Numbered from the stretch's first letter, positions 44,250-55,350 are shown. The stretch: 64,000 nucleotides of DNA from Puia sp. (GCA_035317125.1 DATHHO010000194.1:17930-81929); one strand, 5' to 3'. Made by a program: numbers and translations. The notes: generated from the letters alone by a model not told the origin.

Positions 44250-46334
44250 TTACGCCAGATATTTCCCGACAATGGGCATACGACGTCCCACGCCAAAGGC
44301 CTTGCAACTGACCCGGATAATGGGGCAGAACTGATTGCGCTTGTATTCATTGGCATTGACCAGTCTGAGGATCCTGGTGACCATTTCAGCCCCGATGCCC
44401 ATCGCCACGATCTCTCCCGGCCCCTGCCTCTTCTCTATATACTGGTACAACACCTTATCGAGGATATCGTATTCCGGCAGGCTGTCGCTGTCCTTCTGAT
44501 CGGGTCTTAATTCCGCCGAGGGCGCCTTGGTGAGGATGTTCTGGGGGATGATCTCCCCATTGCCCGAAAGGGATCCCGGCCCCTGTCTGCGGTTGATATA
44601 CCGCGCCAGGGCATAGACCTGCAGCTTGTACACGTCTCCCAGTACGCTCAGCCCGCCCGCCATATCGCCATACAGCGTACCATAGCCCGTGGACAGCTCG
44701 CTCTTATTGGAGGTGTTCAGCAGGATATAACCGTATTTATTGGCGATGGCCATGAGGATATTGCCCCGGGTACGGCTCTGAAGGTTCTCCTCCGCGAGAC
44801 CAAAGGGCGAGTCTTTAAAGATGGGCTTCAGCGTTTGCAGCAGCGATCCATAGACCTCCTGGATAGGCACTATGTCGTATGGATTGCCCAGATTGCGCGA
44901 GAGCTGTTCCGCATCGCCGATGGAATGCGAACTGGAATACGGTGAGGGGAGCAGGATGGCGCGTACATTGTCCTTACCGAGGGCTTCGCAGGCGAGAGCC
45001 AGGGTGACGGCGCTGTCGATACCCCCGCTGCTGCCCAGGATGGCTTTTGTAAAGCCCATCTTGACAAAATAGTCGCGGATGCCCAGCACCAGGGCCTCAT
45101 GGATCTCGTGGATATTCTTATCGGCTACCAGATATTCGATCACTTTATCGGGGTCCTGAATTTTGGACACCCGCATTTCGCGGTCGAAAAAGCCGGATTC
45201 TTCAAGGGGCGCGCCTGCGGATGGGGTCCGGACGGAACGGAAACCCGTGGACAAGCGATGCTGAGTTGCGGTGTGTGCGTTTACCGTCTGCGGGGCCGCG
45301 GTCTGCGGGGTTTCGGTCTGCGCGGCGAGATGTGCCGGATCGGTCTGTGGATGGTGATGCACCGACAGCACGGATGGGGTCTCCCCAACCCCATCGACGG
45401 GAATGGAAAAACCCGGCAGGATCTCTTCGTACAAAGGAGCCACCAGATGCGGGTGGGCGGGGGAGACTGCTGGCGCGGGGCCGGAACCGGAGATGGCGGA
45501 CGTGAGGCCGGAAACGGAGGCCGCTGGCGTGGGGCCGGAACCCGGAACCGCAGCCGCCACGTCGGGGTGGAGCGTTTCATCGGCGATGCCGACGACCGCA
45601 AAATCTTCCTGGAAATAGTTCATTTCCTTCAGCAGCCGGCCCGATGCATCATAGACAAGGCTGCCGCCATCGAAGACGATCTCGGTCTGCGAGCCCACGG
45701 CATTACAATAGAACATGGGGAGCCGGTATTTGAGCACGTTGCGGCGCACCACTTCCCTGCGGTCCTCGTCATGGTCATAGTCGAACGGCGAAGCGGAGAT
45801 ATTGATCATCAGGTCGGGCGACTGCTCCACCAGATGGTCCATGGGACAGACACGGTACAGAGGGTTGTCCCCCAGGTTCCAGATATCCTCGCAGATGGTG
45901 AGCGCGATCTTCTTCCCTTTGAAGGGGATAACGTTCCACGCATACCCCGGCTCGAAATACCGGTATTCATCAAAGACGTCATAGGTCGGCAGACAGGTCT
46001 TGTGCGCCACGCCTTTGACCTCCTTTTCATAGAGGAGCCACGCGGCGTTGAAGAGGCCCTTGCCCTTTGGCGCGGGGTTCCGCGCGGGCGAACCGATGAT
46101 CACCCCGATGGTATCCGCTTCCTCCCGGATGAGGTCTACCGCTGCATGGCATTCCGCGATGAAGTCCTCGAATTCGAGGAAGTCGCGGGGTGGGTATCCG
46201 CAGACCGATAATTCGGAAAATACCACCAGATCGGCGCCTGCCTCTTTTGCCTGGCGGATGCCTCCGATGATCCTGCGGGTATTCGCCGCGAAGTTGCCGA
46301 TATGATAATTCTGTTGTGCGAGCGCGATCTTCAT
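44250..46334 (-). CDS. nadE: Glutamine-dependent NAD+ synthetase
   Basis: Nitrilase domain FSELSVCGYPP, K (AHKTCLP), TICEDIW; synthetase domain GSSGGIDSA, ENLQSRTRG, NTSNKSE, GYGTLYGD, PSAELRPDQKDSDSLPEY. Confidence 0.96.
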   Translation of the reverse strand: MKIALAQQNYHIGNFAANTRRIIGGIRQAKEAGADLVVFSELSVCGYPPRDFLEFEDFIAECHAAVDLIREEADTIGVIIGSPARNPAPKGKGLFNAAWLLYEKEVKGVAHKTCLPTYDVFDEYRYFEPGYAWNVIPFKGKKIALTICEDIWNLGDNPLYRVCPMDHLVEQSPDLMINISASPFDYDHDEDRREVVRRNVLKYRLPMFYCNAVGSQTEIVFDGGSLVYDASGRLLKEMNYFQEDFAVVGIADETLHPDVAAAVPGSGPTPAASVSGLTSAISGSGPAPAVSPAHPHLVAPLYEEILPGFSIPVDGVGETPSVLSVHHHPQTDPAHLAAQTETPQTAAPQTVNAHTATQHRLSTGFRSVRTPSAGAPLEESGFFDREMRVSKIQDPDKVIEYLVADKNIHEIHEALVLGIRDYFVKMGFTKAILGSSGGIDSAVTLALACEALGKDNVRAILLPSPYSSSHSIGDAEQLSRNLGNPYDIVPIQEVYGSLLQTLKPIFKDSPFGLAEENLQSRTRGNILMAIANKYGYILLNTSNKSELSTGYGTLYGDMAGGLSVLGDVYKLQVYALARYINRRQGPGSLSGNGEIIPQNILTKAPSAELRPDQKDSDSLPEYDILDKVLYQYIEKRQGPGEIVAMGIGAEMVTRILRLVNANEYKRNQFCPIIRVSCKAFGVGRRMPIVGKYLA
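45285..45329. repeat. 15-nt in-frame tandem repeat x3 inside the nadE linker
   Basis: CGTCTGCGGGGCCGC / GGTCTGCGGGGTTTC / GGTCTGCGCGGCGAG. Confidence 0.75.
45469..45549. repeat. 27-nt in-frame tandem repeat x3 inside the nadE linker
   Basis: GCTGGCGCGGGGCCGGAACCGGAGATG / GCGGACGTGAGGCCGGAAACGGAGGCC / GCTGGCGTGGGGCCGGAACCCGGAACC. Confidence 0.75.
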
Positions 46335-46338
46335 TCTG

Positions 46339-46346
46339 CAAATTTA
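46339..46346 (-). promoter_or_regulatory. -7 promoter element 4 nt before the nadE ATG
   Basis: Minus-strand TAAATTTG-CAGA-ATG. Confidence 0.6.
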
Positions 46347-46391
46347 CGTCGGACTGGATTATTGTACTAATTTGCGTGCCACAACGTTTGT

Positions 46392-47420
46392 ATGGACATG
46401 AAGAGAATATTCCTGACCGGGCTGCCCTTGCTGCTGCTGCTGGCCTGCGGTCATAAGAAACAGGGTCCAGATGTCTCCGGTGTTATGGTAGAAGATGTGC
46501 ATATCGAACGGTTTGATACGGCCTTCTTCGCGCTGGACTCGAATAATATCCTTACCGGGCTGCATCGCCTCGCCCGCGAATTCCCCTGGTTTACCAATGA
46601 TTTCGTGGCGAATGTCCTCGGCGCCGGGCCGCTGTCCGATACGAACCGGGTCGCCCTGCAGGCCTCCCGTCAGTTCATGGTCAGCTATCTGCCGGTAAAA
46701 GATTCGCTGGAAGGCAGATACCGGCAGCTGGGCTGGCTGGAAAAAGAGCTGAAGAACGGGTTCCAGCATGTAAAATATTATTTCCCGAAATATCCACTGC
46801 CCCGCAAAGTAGTCTGCTTTATCGGTCCTTTCGACGGCCCCGGGGTCGCCATCACTCCTTTCGCGCTGGCCATCGGGCTGCAGTCCTGGGCCGGCAAAGA
46901 TTTCCCCTTCTATCTCACCGGCAAAGGACAGGACATGTACCCGCTGTATATATCGAGACGCTTCGAACCGGCCTATATCACCGCAGGCTGTATGAAGGCC
47001 ATTGCCGACGATCTGTTCCCAGACAACAGCGATAACGCCCCCCTCATCGAGCAGATGATCGGCAAGGGCAGGTATTGGTGGCTGTTAGACAAGTTCCTAC
47101 CCGACGCGCCGGACAGCATAAAGTCGGGCTTTACCGCAAGACAACTGAACTGGTGCGCCGCCAACGAAGGCATCATCTGGAATTTCTTCCTGACGAACAC
47201 CGATCTTTTTACGATCGACCCCGAGATCATCAAGAATTATATCGGCGAAGGGCCCGGTACGCAGGGCATGCCCGATGTCGCACCCGGCAATATCGGCGTC
47301 TGGACCGGCTGGCAGATCGTAAAGAAATATGCGGATGCCCACAGCGATCTGACGCCCGAACAGCTCATGCGCATCCCCGTCCGGAAGATCTTCGACGAAG
47401 CGAAGTATAAGCCGAAGTAG
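46392..47420 (+). CDS. gldB: Gliding motility lipoprotein GldB
   Basis: LLAC lipobox; IERFD, FQHVKYYFP, LAIGLQSW.G, QMIGKGR, WCAANEGIIWNFF, APGNIGVWTGWQIVKKY, AKYKPK; start 46392 or 46398. Confidence 0.9.
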   Translation: MDMKRIFLTGLPLLLLLACGHKKQGPDVSGVMVEDVHIERFDTAFFALDSNNILTGLHRLAREFPWFTNDFVANVLGAGPLSDTNRVALQASRQFMVSYLPVKDSLEGRYRQLGWLEKELKNGFQHVKYYFPKYPLPRKVVCFIGPFDGPGVAITPFALAIGLQSWAGKDFPFYLTGKGQDMYPLYISRRFEPAYITAGCMKAIADDLFPDNSDNAPLIEQMIGKGRYWWLLDKFLPDAPDSIKSGFTARQLNWCAANEGIIWNFFLTNTDLFTIDPEIIKNYIGEGPGTQGMPDVAPGNIGVWTGWQIVKKYADAHSDLTPEQLMRIPVRKIFDEAKYKPK

Positions 47421-47478
47421 GCCGGCGGTCACCCGGCGATCATCCGGCCATTGCGGGGCGTCGGTCAGTGCGGACATC

Positions 47479-48417
47479 CTACAGCCCCAGTTTCTTCTTC
47501 TCTTTTTTGGTCAGTTCCGCGCCGATGACCTCTTTCGGATGTCCTACGGTATAGGTCTTGTGGATCTGGAGCGGCTCTTTATCGTTTTCTCCGGTATAGA
47601 ACAGCACCGGCACTTCGAGGAAGAAAGGCAGCGGCTTAGCACTGGCGTCCACCTTCTCGTCGGTCAGTCTCCGCTGGTCGAGCCAGGTCACGGACATGAA
47701 TACCTGGTATTTGTCGCTCTCTTTATTGAATATGGCCAGCGGCTGTCCGGGGATGACCCAGTCGCCAGGCGCGATAAGCAGTTGTACCGGGGCCAGGATC
47801 GAATAATGACCCAGTGTGCCATCCCGGTGCTCGATGGCGATCCTGTTGCGCTTGTCGGTATAGGCCTGCTGTTTCTTCTCGCCTTCCTTGTCGTCATCCG
47901 TCGCTATATAAACGATCCCCGCACGGGAGGCGCAGATGGTATCGCCTTGTTTATAGGTGAAGCCGGTGGCATGGAACTCATCGGTCCTTTTCTGCCCAAG
48001 CCGCTCTTCCAGCGAAGAGACCTTTGCGATGCGCAACGCGTTGCCGGATGTGGAGGGCATCAGATAAACGAAATTGGTATCGGGTGGTCTGGAGAATGCC
48101 CGGCCCGGAAAATAGCGGTAGGTATAATTGAACATGCGGCTGCCATTGGAGTTGACCCGCGGGGTCAGCTTCATGACCTCCGTCCTGCCTCTGGTCACCG
48201 TTCTGAAAAAAAAGCCGGTGGGCAGGCTGGTCGTATATCCCGTCAGCGTGTTGAAATTCAGCTTGACCGTGTAGTCCACGAAGGCCCTGCTGTCGGAATA
48301 GATAATAAAGGAATTGTCTGCACTCCGCTCGCTGCTGCAGGTGATCAGTCCCTCCTGCGAAAGGACCCGCTGATGAAAAAAAAGAAATAATGCCGCGGTG
48401 ACCAGGGTCTTGTTCAT
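47479..48417 (-). CDS. M23-peptidase-fold protein with degenerate Zn ligands
   Basis: GDTICASRAGIV, NRIAIEHRDGTLGHY, GDWVIPGQPLA match the M23 fold; HxxxD and HxH are absent. Confidence 0.75.
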   Translation of the reverse strand: MNKTLVTAALFLFFHQRVLSQEGLITCSSERSADNSFIIYSDSRAFVDYTVKLNFNTLTGYTTSLPTGFFFRTVTRGRTEVMKLTPRVNSNGSRMFNYTYRYFPGRAFSRPPDTNFVYLMPSTSGNALRIAKVSSLEERLGQKRTDEFHATGFTYKQGDTICASRAGIVYIATDDDKEGEKKQQAYTDKRNRIAIEHRDGTLGHYSILAPVQLLIAPGDWVIPGQPLAIFNKESDKYQVFMSVTWLDQRRLTDEKVDASAKPLPFFLEVPVLFYTGENDKEPLQIHKTYTVGHPKEVIGAELTKKEKKKLGL

Positions 48418-48645
48418 ATCGAAAAGGTTTTATAAAAGAGGCTTAATGAGGCAATTATAAATAAAAATCCTGATTCCGGGCCGGGAGGGCCGGAAAAAGT
48501 TTACCGGATAAGCAACCTCTGCGTTAAACCAAGACGTTTATAAACCGGCAGATCTCCTGTGGGACTGCTTCCAGGGATATCTCTCTGTGGGTATCGGATG
48601 ATAGACCTACCCTGGAATTTTCATTCATATCAACCTATAATTAAC

Positions 48646-49518
48646 ATGAAAAAGTTAACCGGAATTTCCGCAGGCATCACTATGCTTGCACTCGTCCTTA
48701 GCCTCAGTATGTGTTCGAAAAAATCTGATCCCGCTCCCCCTCCAGGCCCTCCTGCTAAAACAGTGAGCCTCAAGACAAGCGCGACCCTCGGCAGCTACCT
48801 CTCCAACAGCAAAGGACAAACTCTTTATTTCTTTGCAAACGATGCAAACGGATTGAACAATTGCTCGGGTGGCTGCGCTACATTATGGACCGCCTCCACT
48901 TCCACGGCCGCTCTCACGGCTGATTCGCTGGGCACCGGTCTCAACCTCACGGATTTTGGGGTCGTCACCGGCGGAGCACAGCTCACGTACAAAGGATGGC
49001 CGCTGTACACCTACAATCCCGGTGGATCGCCTGAGGCTTCGGGCGTGGTCTCGGGTGATGGGTTCGGTGGAATTTGGTTTGTCGCCAAGCCCGATTATTC
49101 CATCATGCTGGCCAACACGCAGCTGATCGGAAGTGATGCCATCCATTACAAGTCCGACTATACTGCAGGTGATGCCAGCACCACCTACTTTACGGATGCC
49201 AAAGGTGGGACGCTGTACATCTTCAAAAAAGACAGCGCCAACCATAATAAATTCACCAAGGCCGATTTTTCAAACAATACGACCTTCCCTATCTACGATA
49301 CGGTAACGACCCTGGCCGTTCCGTCCGTGCTGGACAAGACGCAGTTCACCTCTACCACGGTGTTTGGAAAGGTGCAGCTGAGCTACAAGGGATGGCCGTT
49401 GTATTATTTCGGGGCCGATGCCGGCACGCGTAGTTCCAACAAGGGGATAACGATCGGTGGGATCGGCACGATCTGGCCTGTGGCAGTGCTGGGTTTGCCG
49501 GCGGCGCCCCATCCATAA
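48646..49518 (+). CDS. COG4315-type lipoprotein (Lipoprotein_15 / Y-X4-D repeats)
   Basis: Start reassigned to ATG 48646; lipobox Cys in LSMC; repeated G.TLY.F..D and QL.YKGWPLY motifs. Confidence 0.88.
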   Translation: MKKLTGISAGITMLALVLSLSMCSKKSDPAPPPGPPAKTVSLKTSATLGSYLSNSKGQTLYFFANDANGLNNCSGGCATLWTASTSTAALTADSLGTGLNLTDFGVVTGGAQLTYKGWPLYTYNPGGSPEASGVVSGDGFGGIWFVAKPDYSIMLANTQLIGSDAIHYKSDYTAGDASTTYFTDAKGGTLYIFKKDSANHNKFTKADFSNNTTFPIYDTVTTLAVPSVLDKTQFTSTTVFGKVQLSYKGWPLYYFGADAGTRSSNKGITIGGIGTIWPVAVLGLPAAPHP

Positions 49519-49630
49519 AGAACATGACCCCGGGCTACCTGTAATGATCAACCGGTGCCCGGGTATTTTATTGGGGAATGCCCGCGCGGGGAAGGAGCGG
49601 GCGGCGGGCCAGCCGGAGAACGGCCCGCCC

Positions 49631-52585
49631 TCAGAGCGCCGGCCAGAGACCGGCCTCTACATTCCGTATATCTTCCCGGAGATGTTCTTCCAGCTCCGCG
49701 AACAGGAGCGAGACCTTCTCCACCAGTCCGGACAAAGCCGCTTTTTCTTTTGCCGCCTGTTCGATCTTCGTCAGTAATTCCATCAGGGTGGAGGCCTGCA
49801 GCATGCCGGTGCTGCCCTTCAGCTTATGGGCCATGAAGTACACCCGGTCGAAGTCCTGCTGGCCGGCGGCGACCTGCAGCTCCTTCAGTTCTTCGGGCAG
49901 CTGTACGAGGAATGCATTCAGCATATCCACAAAATATTCGCGGTCGCCGATCTCTTCCAGCAATCCGAGGTCGTAGGCCTTCGATCCTGTCTTGTTCATT
50001 CCAGCCGGCTGGGCGACATGGCCGCCGGTATCGTTCAGCAACGCGGAGATCCTCCTGTACAGCTCCATGAATTCGAATGGCTTGGACATATAGTCGTTCA
50101 TGCCTACCCCCAGACAACGCAGCCGCTCGCCTTTCAGGGCATTGGCCGTCATGGCGATGATCGGCGTCTGGATCTTCAGGACCGTCCTGATATATTTGGT
50201 GGCCGCATAGCCGTCCATGACCGGCATCTGCAGGTCCATGACGATGAGGTCATAACGGCTGTCCTGGAGGCGCTTCACCGCCTCCTCTCCATTGGCTACG
50301 ATGTCCACGACCGCCCCCACCTTCTTCAGCACGTGGTCTATCAGCTTCTGGTTGATCTCGTTATCTTCGGCTATGAGTACCCGTCTGCCTTTCAGCAGAT
50401 GGTCGTAATCATAGGCATTCGTATGCGCGGGGCGGGATTTGCCTTCCCTCTCCTCGTATTCATATGGGATGTCGAAGCTGAAGGTGGAACCCTCGCCCGG
50501 CTTGCTGGTCACGGAAATATCCCCGCCCTGCAGTCTCAGCAACTGCCGGCAGATCGACAACCCGAGGCCGGTGCCGCCGTATTTCCGGGAGATGTCCTGA
50601 CCCGCCTGGGAGAAATTCTCGAATATAAAGGGCTGGCTTTCTTCCGGGATCCCAATCCCCGTGTCCGATACGGCGAAAGCGAGGACGACTTTTCCCTTCG
50701 ACATGTTCTCCGGCTTTATCTCCAGGCGGATATAACCATGCTCGGTGAATTTCTGCGCGTTGCCCACCAGATTGATCAGCACCTGGTTCAGCCGGTGCGG
50801 ATCGCCTTTGAGCAGGTCCGGCACTTTCGGGTCTATTTCCACCTGCATCCCGAGGCCCTTCTTATTCAGGCGGTGTTCAAAGATGGCGCAGGCATTGCCC
50901 ACGACATCCTTCAGGGAGAAATCGATCTTTTCTATGGTGAGCTTGCCGGCCTTTATCTTCGAGAAATCCAGGATATCGTTGATGATCACCAGCAGATTGC
51001 TCACGGAGCGCTTGATGATGACCGCGAATTCCTTCTGTTGTTCCGTCAGGGTAGTGTCCAGCAAAAGATTGGTCATCCCCTGGATGCCATTCATCGGAGT
51101 CCTTATCTCATGGCTCATATTGGCGAGGAACTGTTCCTGCAACCCTCTTGCTTCTTCCGCATCTTTCATCGCCCTGACCAGTTCCTGCTGGTCGTGTACG
51201 CGTTCGGTGATGTCGGTCGCGATACCACAGATACCGAGTACCGCATGGTCGCTGTCCAGCAAAGGGAATTTCACCAGCAGCAGGTTGATATTTCCGTTCT
51301 CCGTATGGACCAGTTCCTCCGTCTCCAGGGACTTTCCGGTGCGGATCACTTCATCATCCAGCGATTTGTAATGATCGGCCACTTCCTTGTCCGAAATATC
51401 ATAATCCGTCTTGTTGATGATGTCTTCGTCACCCAGGTTCAACACCTCCTTGAAATGCCTGTTCGCCATGATATATCTGCCCGCCAGATCCTTTACATAG
51501 ATCATGGAGGTGGTGTTGTCCAGGATGGATTGCAGCAATAACTGGTTCTCCTTCAGCTTGAATTCGTATTGTTCCAGTTCGAGCTGCATCTGTTTCTTCT
51601 CGGAGATATCCTTGATGATACAGTGAAAGCCGGTAGGGTGATTTTTTTGCATCAGCAGCACCGCGGATTGCTCCACCCACTTTTCCTTTTTATCCTTGGT
51701 GACAATAAAAAAAGTCAGCACCGTCTCACGGATGCCCAACTTGAGCTGGTTATAATAGTGGGCATTCACCCTGTCGATGCAGGATGGCGCGATCAGCAGG
51801 GAGAAATGCATGGACTCCAGTTCATTCAGCGGATAACCGGTCAGCTCGGTGGCCTTCGTACTGGCGGAGTTGATATGTCCCATCAGATCGGTGGAATAGA
51901 TCACAGCGCCCGCATTCTCCACGAGGTTGCGGTATTTGAATTCGTTGGTCATGAACTTCTCCTCGGCGTTCTTTCGTAAGGCAATATCCTTATTGAGCTG
52001 GAACAGGATCAGGACGACAAAGAAGAACGCGAAGATGATCCCGGCGATCAGCTCGTACATGCTTTTCCGGTATTCTTCCTCGCTGGAATGCTGACGCCGG
52101 GAGAGCAGGGCCGTCTCCTCCTGCATCATCGAGCGCAACGATGCATTGAGCAAACCGTTGAGCCGGTGTTGCCGCCAGGAGAAAGATAACCTGTCTTTGT
52201 CGGTGGACATAGACAGAGGGATGATGGCCATGCTGTCTTCCAGTATTTTCTTCTGGTAAACATGATCGGTGAGGTCCTTTATATTCTGTTGCTGTCTGGG
52301 GTTATCCCGCGTGAGCTGCAGCAGATGGCCGAGCTGGTCGTTGATCTTGATATTGAGAGAGGGGGCGGCCGTGATAGAGGATTCGGCCTCGATCGTCAGG
52401 GCATTGATCTGCTCGATCTGTTTCAGCACATCATTGGTATGGTTGGTCCAGAAATCGGTTCTTTCGAGATTGTGCTGGTTGATGTACAAAAGCCTGATCA
52501 CGAAACAAAGGGAAAATACCGAAAACAGCAGCAGCCAGGCTATTTTTCGTTGTATTTTTGGTATCCCATTGAAAATGAGGCTCAT
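49631..52585 (-). CDS. Hybrid histidine kinase (CHASE3-like, PAS x2, HisKA, HATPase, REC, Hpt)
   Basis: Two TMs; [45 protein letters not shown]. Confidence 0.94.
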   Translation of the reverse strand: MSLIFNGIPKIQRKIAWLLLFSVFSLCFVIRLLYINQHNLERTDFWTNHTNDVLKQIEQINALTIEAESSITAAPSLNIKINDQLGHLLQLTRDNPRQQQNIKDLTDHVYQKKILEDSMAIIPLSMSTDKDRLSFSWRQHRLNGLLNASLRSMMQEETALLSRRQHSSEEEYRKSMYELIAGIIFAFFFVVLILFQLNKDIALRKNAEEKFMTNEFKYRNLVENAGAVIYSTDLMGHINSASTKATELTGYPLNELESMHFSLLIAPSCIDRVNAHYYNQLKLGIRETVLTFFIVTKDKKEKWVEQSAVLLMQKNHPTGFHCIIKDISEKKQMQLELEQYEFKLKENQLLLQSILDNTTSMIYVKDLAGRYIMANRHFKEVLNLGDEDIINKTDYDISDKEVADHYKSLDDEVIRTGKSLETEELVHTENGNINLLLVKFPLLDSDHAVLGICGIATDITERVHDQQELVRAMKDAEEARGLQEQFLANMSHEIRTPMNGIQGMTNLLLDTTLTEQQKEFAVIIKRSVSNLLVIINDILDFSKIKAGKLTIEKIDFSLKDVVGNACAIFEHRLNKKGLGMQVEIDPKVPDLLKGDPHRLNQVLINLVGNAQKFTEHGYIRLEIKPENMSKGKVVLAFAVSDTGIGIPEESQPFIFENFSQAGQDISRKYGGTGLGLSICRQLLRLQGGDISVTSKPGEGSTFSFDIPYEYEEREGKSRPAHTNAYDYDHLLKGRRVLIAEDNEINQKLIDHVLKKVGAVVDIVANGEEAVKRLQDSRYDLIVMDLQMPVMDGYAATKYIRTVLKIQTPIIAMTANALKGERLRCLGVGMNDYMSKPFEFMELYRRISALLNDTGGHVAQPAGMNKTGSKAYDLGLLEEIGDREYFVDMLNAFLVQLPEELKELQVAAGQQDFDRVYFMAHKLKGSTGMLQASTLMELLTKIEQAAKEKAALSGLVEKVSLLFAELEEHLREDIRNVEAGLWPAL

Positions 52586-52662
52586 ATGTAGTACGATTCA
52601 TGAGGTAATCCGCTAAACTACTGTTCTAACGAAATAAGCGGGTAAAGATTTTATTTTACCCG

Positions 52663-52694
52663 CAAAAAGGCCCCGGGTTTTACCCCCGGGGCCT
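52663..52694 (-). terminator. Rho-independent terminator
   Basis: Minus-strand AGGCCCCGGG-7 nt-CCCGGGGCCT-TTTT; a second hairpin GCGGGTAAA/TTTACCCGC lies adjacent at 52638-52663. Confidence 0.75.
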
Positions 52695-52750
52695 GGCAAC
52701 GGATCCGTTCATAAGGCTAAGATCAGTTCATTCCGCATCGTCGCGTTGGG

Positions 52751-53443
52751 TCAGGAGGCGGTGTCCTTGTTCTCCATAAAATGTTTGAATCCGTGGACAT
52801 CCTTTTCGATCATGTCGCGGAACAGGGGGTTGAGCAACCGGGATATTCCTTCCCCTACTTTTCCCATCGGAGGGCGGTAAGAGATGAGGGCATCCACGCG
52901 GGTAGCCTTTCCGGGAGTATCCGAAAAACTGATCTTCCCCACATTATCGACGGATGCATTGGCAACGGAGTGCCAGGAAAGTTCGGAACCTTCCTCTTCC
53001 CTGACGATCTCCGCTTCCCACCCGATGGAGACAGGCCATCCCGGGACCTTGGCGGTCCAGGAGGAACGCTTGTCATCGATCTCGTGTACGAATTCGAGGT
53101 GCTTCATGAATTTTGGCAGGTTGCTGAGCTCGCGCCAGAAGGCATAGACCTCTTCTCTTGGCCTGTTCACGACCACGCTGGCCCTGACATTGATGTTGCG
53201 GGCATGATCAGTGCTGTATCTGTTCCGTTCGAGCGCGGAATACAGGTTGCAGTGACCGGATGCACCCCGGTACAACAGATATCCTCCGGCCAGCAGCAGG
53301 AGCGTGTCTGCCTTATGTTTGCGGGTAACATGATACAGCAGAAGGGAGCCTGCGATAGCTGAAATGGCCCTTTCCGCCTTACCCATATTGATTAAGCGGC
53401 TGGTTATGGAGCGGCTCTGCAGAGAAATATTTTTTGGATCCAT
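52751..53443 (-). CDS. SRPBCC family protein with DUF2892/YgaP-like N-terminus
   Basis: INMGKAER..S..AG..LL...RGASGHC; NRPREEVYAFWRELSNLPKFMKHL, WEAEI. Confidence 0.9.
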   Translation of the reverse strand: MDPKNISLQSRSITSRLINMGKAERAISAIAGSLLLYHVTRKHKADTLLLLAGGYLLYRGASGHCNLYSALERNRYSTDHARNINVRASVVVNRPREEVYAFWRELSNLPKFMKHLEFVHEIDDKRSSWTAKVPGWPVSIGWEAEIVREEEGSELSWHSVANASVDNVGKISFSDTPGKATRVDALISYRPPMGKVGEGISRLLNPLFRDMIEKDVHGFKHFMENKDTAS

Positions 53444-53552
53444 GATGGTTTATTTACACGTGAACAAAAGGGTGTGGAACACCCATCTGTTGTTATGCAA
53501 ATAGCTTGCCGCGGGGGCAGTGCGGGAGATGCGGGCCGGAGGGGCGCCGGCC

Positions 53553-54668
53553 CTAGGCCGTCGCGGGTCTTCTGCCGAGCTGGCGCATCATGCGGAAATG
53601 GGAGGCGATGGCGCTGGTCATAGTGGGGAATTCGTTATAGGCGATCCCGAATTCCTGACAGGTGCGTTTCACGATCTTGCTGATCGCGGGATAATGTACA
53701 TGGCTGATCCGGGGGAACAGGTGATGCTCTACCTGGAAATTCAGGCCGCCGACATACCAGGAAATGATCTTGTTCCGCGGGGCGAAGTTGGCGGTGGTCT
53801 TTACCTGATGGATGGCCCACTCTTCCTCCAGCTTCTTCGAATCGCCTTCGGCGATGTATTCGAATTCGGCATGCTCGACCACGTGGGCGAGCTGGAATAC
53901 GATGGCAAGCACCAGCCCCAGCGTGATATGCATGCTGGTGAACCCGATGGCCCAGGTCTTCAGGCCGACAAAATAGATGGGGATCGCTACATAGAAGGCT
54001 ACGTATAATAATTTGCTGATCCAGAAAACGACATGCTCCCTCAGATCCATTTTCTGCAAAGGGGTACTGACGATCCTGCTTTTAAAGTATTTGGAAAAGT
54101 CCATCATAAAGGCCCAGGCAAAAGAGGAGATCGCATAGACCAGCACGACATAGATATGCTGGAAGCGGTGAGCGGGCACCCATTTCTGGGTGGAGCACTG
54201 GCGCATCACCGGGCTCTTGGCGATGTCATCGTCGATGCCGTCCACATTGGTATAGGTATGATGAATGATATTGTGCTTGAACTTCCAGATAAAGGCATTC
54301 CCGCCCAGTGCGTTGAGGGTAAGCCCCATCAGGTCGTTGACCCAGCCTTTGGTGGAATAGCTGCCATGACAGGCATCGTGCATGACATTGAACCCGATGC
54401 TGGCGAGCGTGAGGCCGAGCCCCGCGCAGAAGAAGCATCCGGTGATGGCCTGGAACAGGGAAGGATGGGCGAAAGGACCCGATGTACGGAAGAACAACAG
54501 CAGGCCCGTATAGATGAGCAGGGAAGCCGGGATCAAGATACCCGATTTGGCATAGAGTTTCCAGTTACCTGTTTTCCTGATCTTATGATTAGTGAAGTAT
54601 TGGTCAACAGATGCTTTCAGGCTGGTGTAGAAAGCGTTGCTTTTATTAGAGAAACTTAACTTGGTCAT
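53553..54668 (-). CDS. Membrane fatty-acid (acyl-CoA) desaturase
   Basis: His boxes HDACH, HNIIHH and QVEHH; GGLNFQ. Confidence 0.94.
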   Translation of the reverse strand: MTKLSFSNKSNAFYTSLKASVDQYFTNHKIRKTGNWKLYAKSGILIPASLLIYTGLLLFFRTSGPFAHPSLFQAITGCFFCAGLGLTLASIGFNVMHDACHGSYSTKGWVNDLMGLTLNALGGNAFIWKFKHNIIHHTYTNVDGIDDDIAKSPVMRQCSTQKWVPAHRFQHIYVVLVYAISSFAWAFMMDFSKYFKSRIVSTPLQKMDLREHVVFWISKLLYVAFYVAIPIYFVGLKTWAIGFTSMHITLGLVLAIVFQLAHVVEHAEFEYIAEGDSKKLEEEWAIHQVKTTANFAPRNKIISWYVGGLNFQVEHHLFPRISHVHYPAISKIVKRTCQEFGIAYNEFPTMTSAIASHFRMMRQLGRRPATA

Positions 54669-54873
54669 AAAGGAATTTTATCGGAAAGGGATGATGACTG
54701 ATGGCACGACTCACCATAGAACCCTTTAAAGACGATTTTATTGTGATCTTCTCCCGCAAGGTACTGCAGTTTAACAAGAAGGGAAAATTAAGCGTGTTAA
54801 ATTCCCGCGGTAATCCGGATTGTCATGGTCTTGTCCGGTGACCGGGATCCCTGTGGGCCGGTCGCGGGTATGA

Positions 54874-55350
54874 TCACTTCCCGATCCTGTCCTTCATCAG
54901 TTGCCGGGCCGCCTGGATCTCGGTGATATCCCTGAAAGAATCCTTCGGGATCATAAAAAACGACCTCGGATTGAAATAAACATGAAAGAAATAAGCGGTT
55001 TCTTTAAAGGCGCTGAAATTTTCCCACGGCCAGTGCTGGCTGCCCCGCTGGGTCTCCAGCAGGATGCCCTGATCGTTCAGGCTCATGATAAAAGTATCCT
55101 TGAAGGTGGCCGATTTTTTATAAATGCTCAGCGGCAGCAGTCTCCGCACTGAGATCCAGAGAAAGAACCACAGCAGCGAAAAGATCAGGAACGAGATAGG
55201 CTGGATCTCTTTAAAATAAAACAGGATGGCTGACAAAATGGCAAAAACATTGATCACAATGCTGAGTATCCTTATTTCGAGCCTCCCAAAAAAATGCCCG
55301 CGGAGCCCGTCGAGCACCTGCTTTTTATTATATCCGAATGAAACAGTCAT
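54874..55350 (-). CDS. YcxB family protein
   Basis: Two TMs, then ILLET.RGS..WPWENF..F.ET..FFHVY....F.IPK.SF. Confidence 0.85.
   Translation of the reverse strand: MTVSFGYNKKQVLDGLRGHFFGRLEIRILSIVINVFAILSAILFYFKEIQPISFLIFSLLWFFLWISVRRLLPLSIYKKSATFKDTFIMSLNDQGILLETQRGSQHWPWENFSAFKETAYFFHVYFNPRSFFMIPKDSFRDITEIQAARQLMKDRIGK

Noticed and set aside
45285-45549. Possible CRISPR-like repeat array in nadE (and other short periodic segments)
   Set aside because: Units are directly adjacent, degenerate and in-frame, with no spacers and no cas genes
49826-51541. 571-aa plus-strand ORF
   Set aside because: Antisense shadow of the hybrid kinase
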